A stretch of DNA of 64,000 nt from an uncultured Chloroflexia bacterium (GCA_963810095.1 CAWEMM010000006.1:416001-480000), one strand, 5' to 3'; shown: positions 21,250 to 34,129, counted from the stretch's first letter. Notes: generated by a model from the sequence alone, not told the origin. Numbers and translations: made by a program.

Positions 21250-24200
21250 TTGTCAAAGGACAACATCATGCACGGTCTCAACCACGACGTGCGCGAGACG
21301 CACCGCAAGCTCACCGGCCGGCTCGCGCTGGTCAACTCACTCGTCTACCGGCGCACCGCGCCGCTCGCGCCCTTCAGCCTGAAGGTATTCGACCACATCG
21401 TCGACCCACCGGAGGCAGAGCAAACCCTGGGCGAGGGCGGCTGGACCCCTGTGCCGCCTTACACCTACTGGGGCCGCTCATTCGTGAACTTCGCGCTGGC
21501 CGGCGGGTTCGCCGCGCCTGCTGACTTTGGCCGAGACGGCCCGCTTGCGCTCTACCTGCCCCTGGGCGACGCCGGCGCGTTCAGCCATCCAGAAGCAACC
21601 GTGACCATCGATGGCGAGGTCGTCGGGACCGCTGACCGGCATCATCAGGAATTGGCCCTACCTCGGCACTTTGCCGACGGCCACGCGCACCAGATCCTGA
21701 TGACCGGCTGGACGGGTCTGCTCGAGGCGCCCGTGAGTGACCGGCTGGGCCAGCTGATGATGCGCCCCTGCCTGGTTGCCGAGGTTGACCCCGCGACCCG
21801 CGAGCTCGTCGCCGCAGCCCGTACCGCGCTCGACGCGGCCGCGTTCCTTGACGAAGCCGTGCCCGCGAAAACCCGGCTGCTGAATGCGCTCGATGCGGCC
21901 TTTGCAGAGCTGGATCTGCGCGAACCGTTCGGCGAGGGATTCTATCAAGGCGTGCCCCATGCACTGCGGGTGCTGCGCGACGGCATCAGGAAGGCTGGGC
22001 CGGCGCTCGATGCGGAAATCGTCGCGGCGGGGCATGCGCACATCGACGTGGCGTGGCTGTGGACAGTCGGCCATACCCGGCGCAAGGCAGCGCGCACTTT
22101 CCGCACTGCGCTTGGCTTGATGGACCAGTTCCCCGCGTTTCACTTCACCCAGAGCCAGCCCCAACTGTATCAATTCGTCGAGGAGGACGAGCCGGCGCTG
22201 TTCGAGGCGATCCGGCGGCAGGTGGCGGCCGGACGTTGGGAGCCGGTCGGCGGGACCTGGGTGGAAATGGACTGCAACATCACCGGTCCTGAGTCGCTGG
22301 CGCGCCAGTTCCTGCTTGGGCGTACTTTCTTTCGGGAGCACTTCGGCAAGGGCGCCGACTCGCCCGTCCTCTGGCTGCCCGACGTGTTCGGCTATACCTG
22401 GAGCCTGCCCCAGCTGATCAAGCTCGCGGGGCTGGACTATTTCTTCACCATCAAGATCGGCTGGAACAAGACGAACGCCATGCCGTTCGACTCTTTCTGG
22501 TGGCAAGGGCTCGACGGCACTCGCGTCCTGACCCACTTCAGCACGACACCCTCGCCGCCGTGGGAGGGCAACCCCGACCTCCGCAACACCCCAACCTACA
22601 ACGCAGAGCTGTCTGCCTTTGCCGCGCTCGGCACCTGGATCAAGCTGAAGCACAAGGAAAGCCAGCGGACCATGCTGATGAGCTACGGCATGGGCGACGG
22701 GGGCGGCGGGCCGACGCGTGAGATGAACGAGAACGCCCGGGAGCTGGCCGAATTTCCGGGCCTGCCGAGGGTCAAGCAGGGGACCGTCAAGGAGTTCTTC
22801 AGCCGGCTGGAGGATGAGAGCGGCGACCGTCTGCCGACCTGGAACGGCGAGTTGTACCTGGAAATCCACCGGGGGACGTACACCACTCAGTCGCGCACAA
22901 AACGGGACAACCGCAAGACCGAGTTCCTGCTGCACGACGCGGAGTTCCTGGCGGCGTGGGCTGCGCGGCTCGACTCGAACTATGCTTACCCGAACGACAC
23001 GTTCACCCGCTGCTGGCAGATCGTATGCCTCAACCAGTTCCACGATATCATCCCGGGCAGCAGCATTCACGAAGTCTACGACGAATCGCGGCAGCAGTAC
23101 GCCGAGGTGCAGCGGATGGCCTCGGCGGCCCGCGACGGGGCGCTGGCGGTCGTGGCGCAGCATGTGGGCGGGGATGTGGTGGTGGTCAACCCCGCCGGGT
23201 TCGAACGTGAGGACGTGGCCTTCTGGCCGGGTGCCTCGCCGGACGACGCGATGTTGGCGGACGTCTACACGCAGCCTGTCGAGGGCGGCCTCCTGATTGG
23301 CGGGCTGTCGGTTGCTGCATTTGATGCTGCGACATTAACGAGAGGCGAGCCGCTGATACTTGATCCGAAAGAGCATCCGCTCGTTGCAGAGGCAACGCTG
23401 CTGGAGAACGCGCAGCTCCGGGTGGAGTTCGATTCGAACGGCGACATTACCCGAATCTATGATAAGGCAGCTCAAAGAGAGGTGCTGGCGCAGGGCGCCA
23501 TCGCGAACCAATGGCAGGCGTTCGAGGACCGGCCGGTCTACTGGGACGCCTGGGACGTGGATATTTTCTACGACGAGAAGATGGTCCTGGCCGAGCCGGC
23601 GACGTCGGTCAAGGTGGTGGAGTCGGGGCCGCTGCGCGCGACGCTGGAGATTCGGCGGCGCATCCTGCACAGCCAGTACATCCAACGCGTCTCGCTGACG
23701 TATAACAGCCCGGTTCTCCGCTTTGACACGTGGATCGACTGGCGCGAGCGGCATATCTTCCTCAAGGCCGCGTTCCCGGTCGACGTGCTGTCGCCAGTCG
23801 CCACCCATGAAATCCAATGGGGCAGCATTCAGCGGCCGACGCACCGCAACACTTCGTGGGACTGGGCGCGCTTCGAGACGGCTGCGCAGAAGTGGGTGGA
23901 CCTGAGCGAGGGCGACTACGGCGTCGCGTTGCTCAACGACTGCAAGTACGGGCACGACATCCACGACAACGTGATCCGTATCTCGCTGCTGCGCTCGCCG
24001 ACCGAGCCGGACCCCGAGGCCGACCAAGGCGAGCACCGCTTCGCATACAGCCTCTTCCCGCACGGCTGCGTCATGCCGAGCGACATCGCCGCGCACGCGT
24101 ACGCACTGAACGATCCATTGCTCGTGCTGGGCGGACAAAACCGGGAACCGGCGAGCCTGGCCCCCTTCATCCAGGCACCCGCTAACGCTATCGTGGAAAC

Positions 24201-24414
24201 GATCAAGGCGGCGGAGGATGGCAGGGGAACGATCGTCCGGCTTTACGAATGCAACCGGCAGCGCGGGCAGGTCATGCTGGGGGCAGGCTTCGACGTGCGC
24301 GAGGCATGGATCACGAACCTGCTGGAAGAGGACCAGGAGCAGCTTAAAGTGAACGGCCGCGAGGTGGAACTGCACCTGCGGCCGTTCCAGATTGTCACGC
24401 TAAGGGTGATTTAG
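21250..24414 (+). CDS. Alpha-mannosidase, GH38
   Basis: GHAHIDVAWLW, WLPDVFGY, GDGGGGPT, ELYLEIHRGTYT, NQFHDIIPGSSI. Confidence 0.95.
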   Translation: MSKDNIMHGLNHDVRETHRKLTGRLALVNSLVYRRTAPLAPFSLKVFDHIVDPPEAEQTLGEGGWTPVPPYTYWGRSFVNFALAGGFAAPADFGRDGPLALYLPLGDAGAFSHPEATVTIDGEVVGTADRHHQELALPRHFADGHAHQILMTGWTGLLEAPVSDRLGQLMMRPCLVAEVDPATRELVAAARTALDAAAFLDEAVPAKTRLLNALDAAFAELDLREPFGEGFYQGVPHALRVLRDGIRKAGPALDAEIVAAGHAHIDVAWLWTVGHTRRKAARTFRTALGLMDQFPAFHFTQSQPQLYQFVEEDEPALFEAIRRQVAAGRWEPVGGTWVEMDCNITGPESLARQFLLGRTFFREHFGKGADSPVLWLPDVFGYTWSLPQLIKLAGLDYFFTIKIGWNKTNAMPFDSFWWQGLDGTRVLTHFSTTPSPPWEGNPDLRNTPTYNAELSAFAALGTWIKLKHKESQRTMLMSYGMGDGGGGPTREMNENARELAEFPGLPRVKQGTVKEFFSRLEDESGDRLPTWNGELYLEIHRGTYTTQSRTKRDNRKTEFLLHDAEFLAAWAARLDSNYAYPNDTFTRCWQIVCLNQFHDIIPGSSIHEVYDESRQQYAEVQRMASAARDGALAVVAQHVGGDVVVVNPAGFEREDVAFWPGASPDDAMLADVYTQPVEGGLLIGGLSVAAFDAATLTRGEPLILDPKEHPLVAEATLLENAQLRVEFDSNGDITRIYDKAAQREVLAQGAIANQWQAFEDRPVYWDAWDVDIFYDEKMVLAEPATSVKVVESGPLRATLEIRRRILHSQYIQRVSLTYNSPVLRFDTWIDWRERHIFLKAAFPVDVLSPVATHEIQWGSIQRPTHRNTSWDWARFETAAQKWVDLSEGDYGVALLNDCKYGHDIHDNVIRISLLRSPTEPDPEADQGEHRFAYSLFPHGCVMPSDIAAHAYALNDPLLVLGGQNREPASLAPFIQAPANAIVETIKAAEDGRGTIVRLYECNRQRGQVMLGAGFDVREAWITNLLEEDQEQLKVNGREVELHLRPFQIVTLRVI

Positions 24415-24420
24415 CCGACG

Positions 24421-24455
24421 AAGAAACCAGGTTTCTGACAGAAACCTGGTTTCTT
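24421..24455. repeat. REP-like hairpin / bidirectional terminator
   Basis: aagaaaccaggtttctgacagaaacctggtttctt between convergent genes. Confidence 0.7.
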
Positions 24456-24463
24456 TTGTGCCC

Positions 24464-27100
24464 TCATTCGTACCGCAGGGCGGTAATCATGTCCATGTTG
24501 GCGGCCCGGCGGGCAGGGGCGAGGGCCGCTAACAGGCCGAACAGCAGGCCGATGACCACGGTCAGGATTACGCCTGTCCATGGGAAGTAGAACTGCACGG
24601 GGAAACCCGCGCCTGCAAACGCCACGATCATCACGTAGCCCAGGTACAGGCCGGCCAGAATGCCGAAGGTCGTGCCAAAGGCGGCGAGCAGCAGCGCCTC
24701 GGCCGTGACCATCCGCTTGACCTGCCGCTGCGTCGCGCCGACTGCCCGGATCATGCCGATCTCTCGGGTCCGCTCGAGCACGCCGATCGCCAACGTATTC
24801 AGCATGGCGATGAGCGCGGGGATGGCCAGGAACGCAAACAGGATGTAGATCGATGCGAACGCCACCTGGAACAGGCGCTCGTTTTGTTGGCGGTACTCGC
24901 GGCCCGACACGATCGAGAACTGCGGGAAGCCTTGCTTGATTGCCTTGAGCGCCGGCTCGACCTTAGCCGGGTCCGCGCCCGGTTTGAGATTGAGCTGCAC
25001 AAACACGTCTTGCGTCACCCCGAAGTCCGCGGCCATCTGCGCCTGCGAGATGTAGGCGGTCATGATCTTGGTGTTCAGATAGTCCCCGCCAATCGCAACC
25101 ACCCGGTAGTTCTCGCGCCCTTTTGACGTGATCACCGGCACGATGTCGCCCACCTTGACCCCGGCGGTCGAAGCAAACGGCCCGTTCACGACCATGTTAC
25201 GCTCGCCGCTGCCCGCGCCGGGGCTGCTCGCAAGCGACGCATACGCCTGGTCCGGGTCGCCCTCGATGAACGAGAGCCCGGCGACCTGCGGATAGGCGAC
25301 CGGGTCGACGCCGAGCATTGTGACAGTCAGGCCCTTGTCAGTATTGGTCGCGCCCATCTTCTTGCTGGTAAGCGACGCGGCCGGCCGGACGTCGGCAATG
25401 GCCGGGGCAAAGCGGAGCGAACTCACGACCGCCACCCCGTCGACCTGCTTGAGCTGTTCGGTCATGCTCTGGTTCGCGCCTACGTTGTTCCCCCAGACGG
25501 CAACTGCGGGCGGGATAAACAGGTAGTCACTCCCCAGACTCTTCCGCAGAACGCCGGTGAACCCGTTGTTCATACTCACGGCCAACTCCCCGGCCGCCAC
25601 GATGATCGCCAGCGCCACCAGCGTCGTGCTCGCAGTGACCGCCACCCGCGTTGGCTGGCGGGTCAGGTTGCCCTGGGCCAGGTAGCCCGTGCCCTCGCGG
25701 GCGAACAGGCGCCCGATGATGGCCCCGAACAACACGGCGATCGGGCGGATGACCGCGGGAGCGATCATCACCAGGCCGAACAGGAACAGCACCGCGCCGA
25801 GACCGACGATCTGCGTATTGCCGACGAACAGGATCGCCAGCGCCAGCGCGACGAGCACGATGCCCACGATGGCGCCCGCGCCGAGCGCGCGGCGCTGCTT
25901 TGCCGTATCGACAGTGGGCCGCAGAGCCTCGAGTGGCGTCACGCGCCCTGCGCTCAACGCCGGGAATAGGCCGGCCAGCAGCGTCCCGCCCACGCCCAAG
26001 ACGATCGAAACGATCACAATGGACGGTGAGACCGAGGGCGCGCCCAGGCGGACGTGGATCATCTGCTCCATCATGGGCCGAACGGCGGCCAGCGACCCGA
26101 GGGCAAACAAGTAGCCCAGCCCAATACCCAGTGCCGTGCCGATCAACCCCTGGATCAGCCCTTCCGCCAGGATGAGCCCGAGCACCATGCGGCTGCTGGC
26201 TCCAATCGCACGCAGCATGCCCAGGTCTCGCCGGCGTTCGGCAACAATCGTGCGGAAGGTGTTGAAGATGATGAACGCACCCATAAACAGCGCCAGGAAG
26301 CCGAACGCGTTCATCAACGACTGCGCGATCTGCAGGTTGGCGAACATGTCGCTGCTGGTGGAGAGTGCGTTGAAGTCGAACGTGTCGCCGAGCTGCGCTT
26401 TGATCGCGGCTTCCACCGACTCGCGACTGGCCTTGTCCGTGCCGTTGAGATAGTTCGCCTCGATCATGCTGATCTGGCCGGGCATGTCGAGCAGCCGCTG
26501 CGCCTCAGGCAGCGTGACTACAACTTCCTCATTGCCGGGCCGTGCTCGCGGCGGATGGACGCCGACGACCTGGAGCTCGACCAGGCCTTGTGCCGCCGGC
26601 AGGGCGAGCCTGTCACCCACCCGCAAACCCAGGTTGTCGGCCAGCGCGCTCGAAATGACGGCGGCATCGGTATCGCCGGGCTGCAGGAAGCGGCCGGCTT
26701 GCATCGAGTAGTTCCGCAGCCCTTGCGCAGCGGCCGGGTCCAGGCCGACGACGTTGAGGATGCTGACTGCATCCTGCTTGGCAGGGTCGTTGTCGAAGAA
26801 GTCAACCGGCAGGTTGATCGGGCGCTCGAGAAGGCCGTGCGCGGCCCCTATCCCTTGACTCGACTGGACCCGATTCAACACGTCGGGCGAGAAACCGCCG
26901 CCGGTGCGCAGCGTCACCGTCAGGTCGACGGTGTTGGACACCGCGAGCATAGTCGCCTGGAACGACGCCAACATGCTCGGGATCAGGATGTTCATCCCGA
27001 AGATCACCAGCACGCCGAACGTGACGGCGAGCGTGGTCAGAAACGAGCGCAGCCGGCGCCCGCGAAGATAGCGCATGGCCAGTGTGAATTGCAGCTTCAT
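24464..27100 (-). CDS. ABC transporter permease (MacB/FtsX family, duplicated)
   Basis: [14 protein letters not shown] and [14 protein letters not shown] motifs. Confidence 0.9.
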   Translation of the reverse strand: MKLQFTLAMRYLRGRRLRSFLTTLAVTFGVLVIFGMNILIPSMLASFQATMLAVSNTVDLTVTLRTGGGFSPDVLNRVQSSQGIGAAHGLLERPINLPVDFFDNDPAKQDAVSILNVVGLDPAAAQGLRNYSMQAGRFLQPGDTDAAVISSALADNLGLRVGDRLALPAAQGLVELQVVGVHPPRARPGNEEVVVTLPEAQRLLDMPGQISMIEANYLNGTDKASRESVEAAIKAQLGDTFDFNALSTSSDMFANLQIAQSLMNAFGFLALFMGAFIIFNTFRTIVAERRRDLGMLRAIGASSRMVLGLILAEGLIQGLIGTALGIGLGYLFALGSLAAVRPMMEQMIHVRLGAPSVSPSIVIVSIVLGVGGTLLAGLFPALSAGRVTPLEALRPTVDTAKQRRALGAGAIVGIVLVALALAILFVGNTQIVGLGAVLFLFGLVMIAPAVIRPIAVLFGAIIGRLFAREGTGYLAQGNLTRQPTRVAVTASTTLVALAIIVAAGELAVSMNNGFTGVLRKSLGSDYLFIPPAVAVWGNNVGANQSMTEQLKQVDGVAVVSSLRFAPAIADVRPAASLTSKKMGATNTDKGLTVTMLGVDPVAYPQVAGLSFIEGDPDQAYASLASSPGAGSGERNMVVNGPFASTAGVKVGDIVPVITSKGRENYRVVAIGGDYLNTKIMTAYISQAQMAADFGVTQDVFVQLNLKPGADPAKVEPALKAIKQGFPQFSIVSGREYRQQNERLFQVAFASIYILFAFLAIPALIAMLNTLAIGVLERTREIGMIRAVGATQRQVKRMVTAEALLLAAFGTTFGILAGLYLGYVMIVAFAGAGFPVQFYFPWTGVILTVVIGLLFGLLAALAPARRAANMDMITALRYE

Positions 27101-27111
27101 GGGCGGCCTCC

Positions 27112-27848
<737 letters not shown>

Positions 27849-27861
27849 ATTTCCTCCTCTG

Positions 27862-27953
27862 AATGGGACACTGATTGGACAGACAGATTGATTTACCTGA
27901 TCTTTTCGGAACGACAAGGCAAATCAGTTCAATGGGTCAATCTGCGTCCCATT
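27862..27953. repeat. Long CTGAT-type palindromic repeat, copy 4
   Basis: aatgggacactgattgga...aatcagttcaatgggtcaatctgcgtcccatt. Confidence 0.8.
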
Positions 27954-27993
27954 TCATTCCTCGTTGTCCGGCACTGCGGGGCAGTGCCGTTCC

Positions 27994-28588
27994 TTATGGC
28001 CCTGCCAGTACCTTCTTCGGCCGGCCGCGCTGCTTGGGCTAGGCACCGGCGCGGGCTGCCGCTTGATCTCGTCCAGCCGCTGCTCGACGATGTCCAGCCA
28101 GCGCAGGTCGGCCTCCAGGTGCATCACGACCTGGTCGAACAGCAGGATCTGCGCCGAGCTCGCGGCTGCGGGTCGGCAGCGGCGCGGCGGGTGGTGATCC
28201 CGTGCAGCTCGCGATACAGGTTCGCGCGCTGCGTGTAGATCAGCCGCCGGGGATCAGCGATGCCGGTCACGACGCTCAGCATCAGCTTGAGAAAGAACTC
28301 GTCCCGCTGGTGCTCGCTCTGCACCGGCTCGGCCAGCCACGCGGCAAGCTCCTCTCGCCCCCGCTCCGTGATTGCAAAGATGCGCTTCTCCGGACCGCCG
28401 TCCTGTCCAACCCCTTCCTCGACCACAAGCCCCGCCTCCTCGAGTCTGGCCAGGGTCGTGTAGATCTGGGCTGGCTTGACATCCCAGTTCGCCTGCCCCC
28501 CGACGACGGCCTCGAACGCCGCGTGGAGCTCGTAGCCGTGTCGTGGTTGTTGGGCCAGGAGCCCCAGCAGGCTGTTGCGCACCGACAT
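27994..28588 (-). CDS. PadR-family regulator (apparent indels near the 3' end)
   Basis: LLGLL..PRHGYEL, QIYTTLARLE, ITERGREEL, RDEFFLKL. Confidence 0.88.
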
Positions 28589-28625
28589 TATGTCGTCCTC
28601 TCTGTCATTTCTGAGCTCGAAGTAA

Positions 28626-28654
28626 ACTATACTACCAGTTACTAATTTAGTCAA
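28626..28654 (-). promoter_or_regulatory. Sigma70-type promoter of padR-ABC operon
   Basis: TTGACT-17bp-TATAGT on the minus strand. Confidence 0.7.
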
Positions 28655-28875
28655 GAGCCCGAAGCTGACGGGAAGCTGACACCGTCCGAGCCCGCCGGCT
28701 TACTTTCGGGTCCCTATAGGCGCCGTGTAGGTGACCGACCAGCCGCAAGGCGGCGGGCGCTGTTCAAGGCGAGCTAACATCGGAGGTTGGAGGAGAGAGG
28801 TGATTTGTGATACGATGGGAACTGCACCACGCTCCATTCTCCGGATGAACTTCGACGTCGAGAGGATATCATCGG

Positions 28876-29469
28876 ATGAAGAAGACCGGCTTGACCAGGG
28901 GTGAAGTTCTGCTGGTCGTCATCGTGACGCTGATCGTCACCGCCCTCGGCACGATCGGCATGCTCGCCTATAACAATCGCGATAATCACTGGGTTCCCCT
29001 CGTTTACCCCGCTCAAGACAAGGCCGTCCAAATCGTCGCCATCAGCCGGCTACTCCAGCCGTATGTGCGAACGGAAGCAGGTAATCTCTACTTCTGCTCG
29101 GGCAACACCTGGCAAGACGCCTGCAAACCCATCACACAAGCGGACGTCCCTGTTAACCCCATTCCCGGCCGCTGGCAGACCTGCAAGCCGGTCTTCCCCC
29201 GGCTGCCCGCGCTCCCCGGTCAACCCGTCAATACGTTGGATGTGGGCCAGTGCCAGGAAGGGCGCACGTATGCCCGGCTGGTGATCATGGAGGACGGGAC
29301 GATCTGGAAGTGGCAGCGGAACTTCTCATGGGTGAACGGATTTGCGTTGGCTTCGATCGCGGTCGCCAGCCTTTTCCTGGGCCTCCTGATCGGCCTGGCG
29401 ATAGTGTGGCTGCGCCGGTATCTTCGGACCCCGGTCCCGGAACTCCCTGCGGGCCACAAGTCGGCCTAG
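28876..29469 (+). CDS. Hypothetical membrane protein
   Basis: N- and C-terminal TM helices around a Cys-containing domain. Confidence 0.65.
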   Translation: MKKTGLTRGEVLLVVIVTLIVTALGTIGMLAYNNRDNHWVPLVYPAQDKAVQIVAISRLLQPYVRTEAGNLYFCSGNTWQDACKPITQADVPVNPIPGRWQTCKPVFPRLPALPGQPVNTLDVGQCQEGRTYARLVIMEDGTIWKWQRNFSWVNGFALASIAVASLFLGLLIGLAIVWLRRYLRTPVPELPAGHKSA

Positions 29470-29554
29470 GGCCACGGCAACCATCGCGGGGATCGCGCCG
29501 GTTCCACAACGCGGGCGAAAGCGCCCGGAGCCAAACGGCGCGCCCGCGCTCGCC

Positions 29555-29606
29555 TTGACATCCGCCGATTGCTGCGTTACCATTACTATGTGAAACACAA
29601 TTCACA
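29555..29606 (+). promoter_or_regulatory. Promoter plus palindromic operator upstream of surE
   Basis: TTGACA-17bp-TACCAT, then TGTGAA-acacaa-TTCACA. Confidence 0.6.
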
Positions 29607-29636
29607 AAGTTGCACGAAGCCCGCCGATAGCCGCCG

Positions 29637-30479
29637 ATGACACACCCTCTTATCCTTCTCACGAACGACGACGGGATCGAATCGCCCGGGCTCGCCGCGG
29701 CCGCAGCCGCGCTCGCACCGCTTGGCGACCTCCTGATCGTCGCGCCCGCATTCCAGCAGACAAGCATGGGCCGCAGTCGCACGCAGCAGGGCGGGCTGGA
29801 CGGACGGCTCTTCGCGGCCACGATTCGCTTCGGAGACCAGGCGTGGTCGGGGACGGGCGCGTTTGCGACCCCGGCCCTGGCAGTGGAACACGCCTTGCAC
29901 GAGTTGGCGCCTCGGCCCGTAGACCTGGTTGTATCGGGGATCAATTACGGTGAAAACGTCAGCACCTGCGTGACGGTCTCCGGCACACTCGGGGCTGCGT
30001 TCGAAGCCGCAGAACGGGGCATTCCTGCCCTGGCCGTGTCGCTCGAAACCGGTGCGATGCAGTACTACGAGCATGACACGACGGTCGATTTCGCGCCCGC
30101 GGCGTCCTTCGCCCGGTTATTTGCGCAGCTTGTGCTCGCAGGGCTGCGTCGCGAGGACGCCCCGCTCGCAGGGGGCAAGCTGCCGCCCGACGTCGATGTG
30201 CTGAAGATCGACGTGCCGCGGTCGGCCACCACGGCGACGCCCTGGACGATCACGCGTCAGGACCGCATGTCGTATTACACGCCCTTGCGCCCGGCGCGCG
30301 CCGACCCGTTGGCCGGCCCCGGGCCCATTGTCATGCACGTGGCCAAGGGCTGCTACAGCGCCGAAGGGACGGACGCCTGGGCCCTGGCGCACGGCCTCGT
30401 CTCGGTGACGCCGCTCAGCCTGGATCTCACGTCGCGCGTCCCATCCGGCGCGCTCGCTGCGTTTCTCGCCGAGCGCTGA
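29637..30479 (+). CDS. surE: 5'/3'-nucleotidase SurE family
   Basis: LLTNDDG, VVSGINYGEN, SGTLGAA, VSVTPL. Confidence 0.88.
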   Translation: MTHPLILLTNDDGIESPGLAAAAAALAPLGDLLIVAPAFQQTSMGRSRTQQGGLDGRLFAATIRFGDQAWSGTGAFATPALAVEHALHELAPRPVDLVVSGINYGENVSTCVTVSGTLGAAFEAAERGIPALAVSLETGAMQYYEHDTTVDFAPAASFARLFAQLVLAGLRREDAPLAGGKLPPDVDVLKIDVPRSATTATPWTITRQDRMSYYTPLRPARADPLAGPGPIVMHVAKGCYSAEGTDAWALAHGLVSVTPLSLDLTSRVPSGALAAFLAER

Positions 30480-30564
30480 CGCACGCATGCGGCCAAGCAG
30501 GCACGTGGCCGCGCACTGATCTCGCCCACCACTCACCCAATCGATGCAGGACAGGAGGACAATC

Positions 30565-31558
30565 ATGCCGGACCCCATGCGCTGGGCCATTCTCGGCACA
30601 GGCAAGATCGCCAAGCGTTTCGCAACCGCCCTCAATAACATCCCCGAGCGCGCGACCTTGCTCGCGGTGGGCTCGCGCGACCGGGCGACGGCGGATGCCT
30701 TCGCCAACACCTTCCATATCGAACGCCGGTATCAGGGATACGACCAGGTGGCGAATGATCCTGATGTGGACATCGTCTACGTGGGGACGCCCACCGTGTA
30801 CCACGAGCGCGACGTCACCATGTGCCTGGAAGCGGGAAAACATGTGCTGTGCGAGAAGGCCTTCACCATCAATGCCGGCGAGGCAGAACGGCTGGTGGCA
30901 AAGGCGCGCAGCACAAACCGCTTCCTGATGGAGGCGATGTGGACGCGCTTCTTCCCGGTCCATGTCTGCATCCGGGAAATGCTCGCCGCGGGCCGCATCG
31001 GCGAGGTTCACGGGGTCGTGATCAACTTCATCGCCAAGCCACCCTTCGACCTCAAGAACCGCTTCTTTGATCTCAACCTGGGCGCAGGCGTGCTGCTCGA
31101 CACGGGCTCGTACGGGATTTCCTGGGCCTACAGCCTGTTTGGGGTGCCTGAGCAGGTAACCGGGCTCGCCTACTTCGGCGAGTCGGGCGCCGACTACCGC
31201 TCCAGCGTGCTCATGAAGTTCCCGGCGGGCCAGCTGGCGACGATTACCTCCTGCCAGGTGTCGTATGACGTCAAGGAGGCGGTGATCTACGGGTCGAAGG
31301 GGAAGATCGAGATCCACGACCCCTGGTACAAGCCGTTCGCGATGACCGTCACTGAGGAAGGCACGGACGCCGGAGCGCATCGACATGCCGCTCGGGAAAT
31401 ACACGGGCTACGAGTACGAGGCTTCCGCGGTGATGGACTGCATCGCGGCGGGGCAGACCGAGTGCCGCGTCATGCCCCTCGACGAAACGCTCGCCATCAT
31501 GCGGACGCTCGACACCGTGCGCGCGCAGTGGGGGTTCAAGTACCCGTTCGAACGGTAG
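30565..31558 (+). CDS. Gfo/Idh/MocA oxidoreductase (apparent indel near 31360)
   Basis: WAILGTGKIA, GKHVLCEKAF, EAMWTRF, GVLLDTGSY. Confidence 0.9.
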
Positions 31559-31624
31559 TCCACGCGAGTTGGGCCAGCCTCTCGGCTGGCCCAACTGGGT
31601 TCGGGTGCGGTGCGATGGGGCGCC

Positions 31625-32267
31625 TTAGCGCTGACCGCGCACGTTTTCGTACAGGTTCCCCGTGTACGAGATGGCCTCGTCGGGCAGCAGCACCGGCGTG
31701 CCGCGGCTCTGCGCGAAGTGCACGATCTTGGCAATCTCCTCAACCTCGATCGCCATCTGCGTGGCGTGGGTCGCCGACTTGCCGATGGTAAACACGCCGT
31801 GGTTCTGCATGATGATCGCCTTGGCATGGCCGATCTTCCGCAGCATCTCCTCGCCAATCGCCTCACCGCCGATGGGGACATAGTCGCCCAACGGAATCTC
31901 GCCGCCGAGCATCGCGCTCGGCCGTCAGGCACGCGGGAATCGGCTCGCCCAAGACGGCGTAGATGCTGGCATAGGTCGAATGGGTGTGGACCATGCCCAT
32001 CACGTCGGGGCGCCGCGCATACACGTACAGGTGTGTCGCGAGGTCGACCGACGGCGCGAGCCGGCCTTCGATGACGTCGCCCTCCAGGTTGACGACGATC
32101 ATGTCCTCGGCCCGCATGTCTTCATAGCTGTAGCCGCTCGGCTTGATCACCACCAACCCCGTTTCCGGGTCGCGGCCGCTGACGTTGCCGCTGGTCGTCT
32201 TCACGAGCCCCTGCTTGGGGAGCTCCAGGTTGCACTTCCAAACCTCATTGCGTAGAGCTTCGAGCAC
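31625..32267 (-). CDS. Class II aldolase / L-ribulose-5-phosphate 4-epimerase-like (apparent indel near 31915)
   Basis: TSGNVSGRD, IKPSG, PSVDLATH, HTHS, QNHG. Confidence 0.88.
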
Positions 32268-32388
32268 CGGTGTTCTATCCTTTCATCCCAATCGGGAGTG
32301 GTATCATCGTGCCTGTTTGCAGCGCGCCCGCGGCACCCGCACGCGGGATGGCTGCCGCCGCGTAAGGATCTCGGCCACGGACGTCGCC

Positions 32389-34116
32389 TTAGGCCGGAGT
32401 GCGCGCCCCCAGGCAGCCGCGCACCATGTTGCGGACCTCTTCCGCGTCTTCCAACTCCAGCGCGGCCGCCGCAATCCCGCGCGCCTCGTGCACGTCCAGC
32501 GTGCGGATCAGCGCCTTTGCGGCGGGAATGGCCGGCGAGTTCATGCTGAACTCGTCCAGCCCCAGGCCGAGCAGGATCGGGATGGCAAGGGGTTCGCCGG
32601 CCAGCTCGCCGCACAGCCCCACCCACTTCCCCGCCGCATGCGCGGCATCAATGACCTGGCGGATCAAGCGCAGCACCGCCGGGTGAAACGCATCGGCCAG
32701 CCCGGCCACGCCCGCATTCGTCCGGTCCGCCGCCATGGTGTACTGGCTGAGATCGTTGGTGCCGATCGAGAAGAAGTCGACCACCTTCGCCAGCTGGTCG
32801 GCCACCACGGCCGCCGCGGGAATTTCGATCATGATGCCGACTTCCATGCTCTCGGCCACCGGCTGCCCCTCGGCCAACAGCTCGGCCCGGCACTCCTCCA
32901 ACACGGCGCGCGCCCGGCGCACCTCGCCGACCGTCGCCACCATCGGAAACATCAGCTTGAGCCCGTTGCCCGCGCCCGCACGCAGGGCCGCCCGCAGCTG
33001 CGGTTTGAAGAGGTCGGGACGCGGAAGGCAGAGACGGATGGCGCGGACACCCAGGAAGGGGTTTTGCTCGGTCGCCAGCCCGAGATAGGGCAGCTCCTTA
33101 TCGCCCCCCACGTCGAGGGTGCGCAGCACGACCGGCAGGCGGCCAAACGCATCCCCAATCGCCTTGTAGGCCGCATACTGCTCTTCTTCGGTCGGCAGCG
33201 CAGTGCGCTCGAGAAACAGGAACTCGCTGCGCAGCAAACCCACGCCCTCCGCGCCGGCATCGAGTGCGCGCTGCGTGCCGGCCACGTTGCCGATGTTCGC
33301 CACCACCTCGATGCGCGTGCCATCCAGGGTGACCGCCGGCTCGTGCGCATGGGCCCGGGCGATGGCTTCCGCAGCATCGGCACCGGCGCGCTTTGCTTCG
33401 TGTGCCCGAAGCGCGCCTTCGTCGGGCTGGGCGATCAGGACACCCGCCTCGCCGTCCAGGATCAACGGCGCGCCGTTAGGCAACTCCATAACGCCCGCGC
33501 CTGCGCCGACCACGGCCGGCAGGCCAAGGCCGCGCGCGAGGATGGCCGTGTGCGAGGTCGCACCGCCCGCTGCGGTGCAGAAGCCCAGCACGAGCGACTT
33601 GTCCAGCATCACAGTGTCGGACGGCGCGAGGTCGGCGGCCAGGATGATAGAAGGAATGCTCAGGTTGGCGGTGGGCGACTCGCCGGCGCCCAGCAGCACC
33701 CGCAGAACGCGGTTGGCGACGTCCCGCACGTCCGCGGCACGCGCCCGCAAGTACTCGTCGTCGAGCGCAGCCAGCGTCTCGGCGTAGCCTTCGGCGGCAG
33801 CATGCAGCGCGGCTTCGGCGTTCACGCCGTCCTGCCGGATGGCAACCCGCACCGTCTCCATCAGGTCCGGATCGTCCAGCATCATCGCCTGGGCCTCGAA
33901 AATCGCGGCTTCCTCACCGCCGTGCGACGCTTCCGCCTGCGCCTGCACGGCCGCGAGCTGCTCACGAGCGACGAAAAGCGCGGACTCAAACCGGGCCCAT
34001 TCGGCCATCCGATCCTTGACCGTGTAGCAATTGAAGGACAAATCGGCCTGGAGATACCGGAATGCGGGGCCAATGGCGATGCCGCGCGACGCTGGAATGC
34101 CCGAGAAAGCGATCAT
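32389..34116 (-). CDS. ptsI: PTS enzyme I (PEP-protein phosphotransferase)
   Basis: GGATSHTAILAR (phospho-His), GLLRSEFLF, FSIGTNDL, GLCGELAG. Confidence 0.95.
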   Translation of the reverse strand: MIAFSGIPASRGIAIGPAFRYLQADLSFNCYTVKDRMAEWARFESALFVAREQLAAVQAQAEASHGGEEAAIFEAQAMMLDDPDLMETVRVAIRQDGVNAEAALHAAAEGYAETLAALDDEYLRARAADVRDVANRVLRVLLGAGESPTANLSIPSIILAADLAPSDTVMLDKSLVLGFCTAAGGATSHTAILARGLGLPAVVGAGAGVMELPNGAPLILDGEAGVLIAQPDEGALRAHEAKRAGADAAEAIARAHAHEPAVTLDGTRIEVVANIGNVAGTQRALDAGAEGVGLLRSEFLFLERTALPTEEEQYAAYKAIGDAFGRLPVVLRTLDVGGDKELPYLGLATEQNPFLGVRAIRLCLPRPDLFKPQLRAALRAGAGNGLKLMFPMVATVGEVRRARAVLEECRAELLAEGQPVAESMEVGIMIEIPAAAVVADQLAKVVDFFSIGTNDLSQYTMAADRTNAGVAGLADAFHPAVLRLIRQVIDAAHAAGKWVGLCGELAGEPLAIPILLGLGLDEFSMNSPAIPAAKALIRTLDVHEARGIAAAALELEDAEEVRNMVRGCLGARTPA

Positions 34117-34129
34117 GGACTCCTGCCGT

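Noticed and set aside
29589-29606. Rex or CRP site
   Set aside because: TGTGA-N8-TCACA is two bases longer than the N6 spacing of Rex/CRP sites, so it is left as an unassigned operator.
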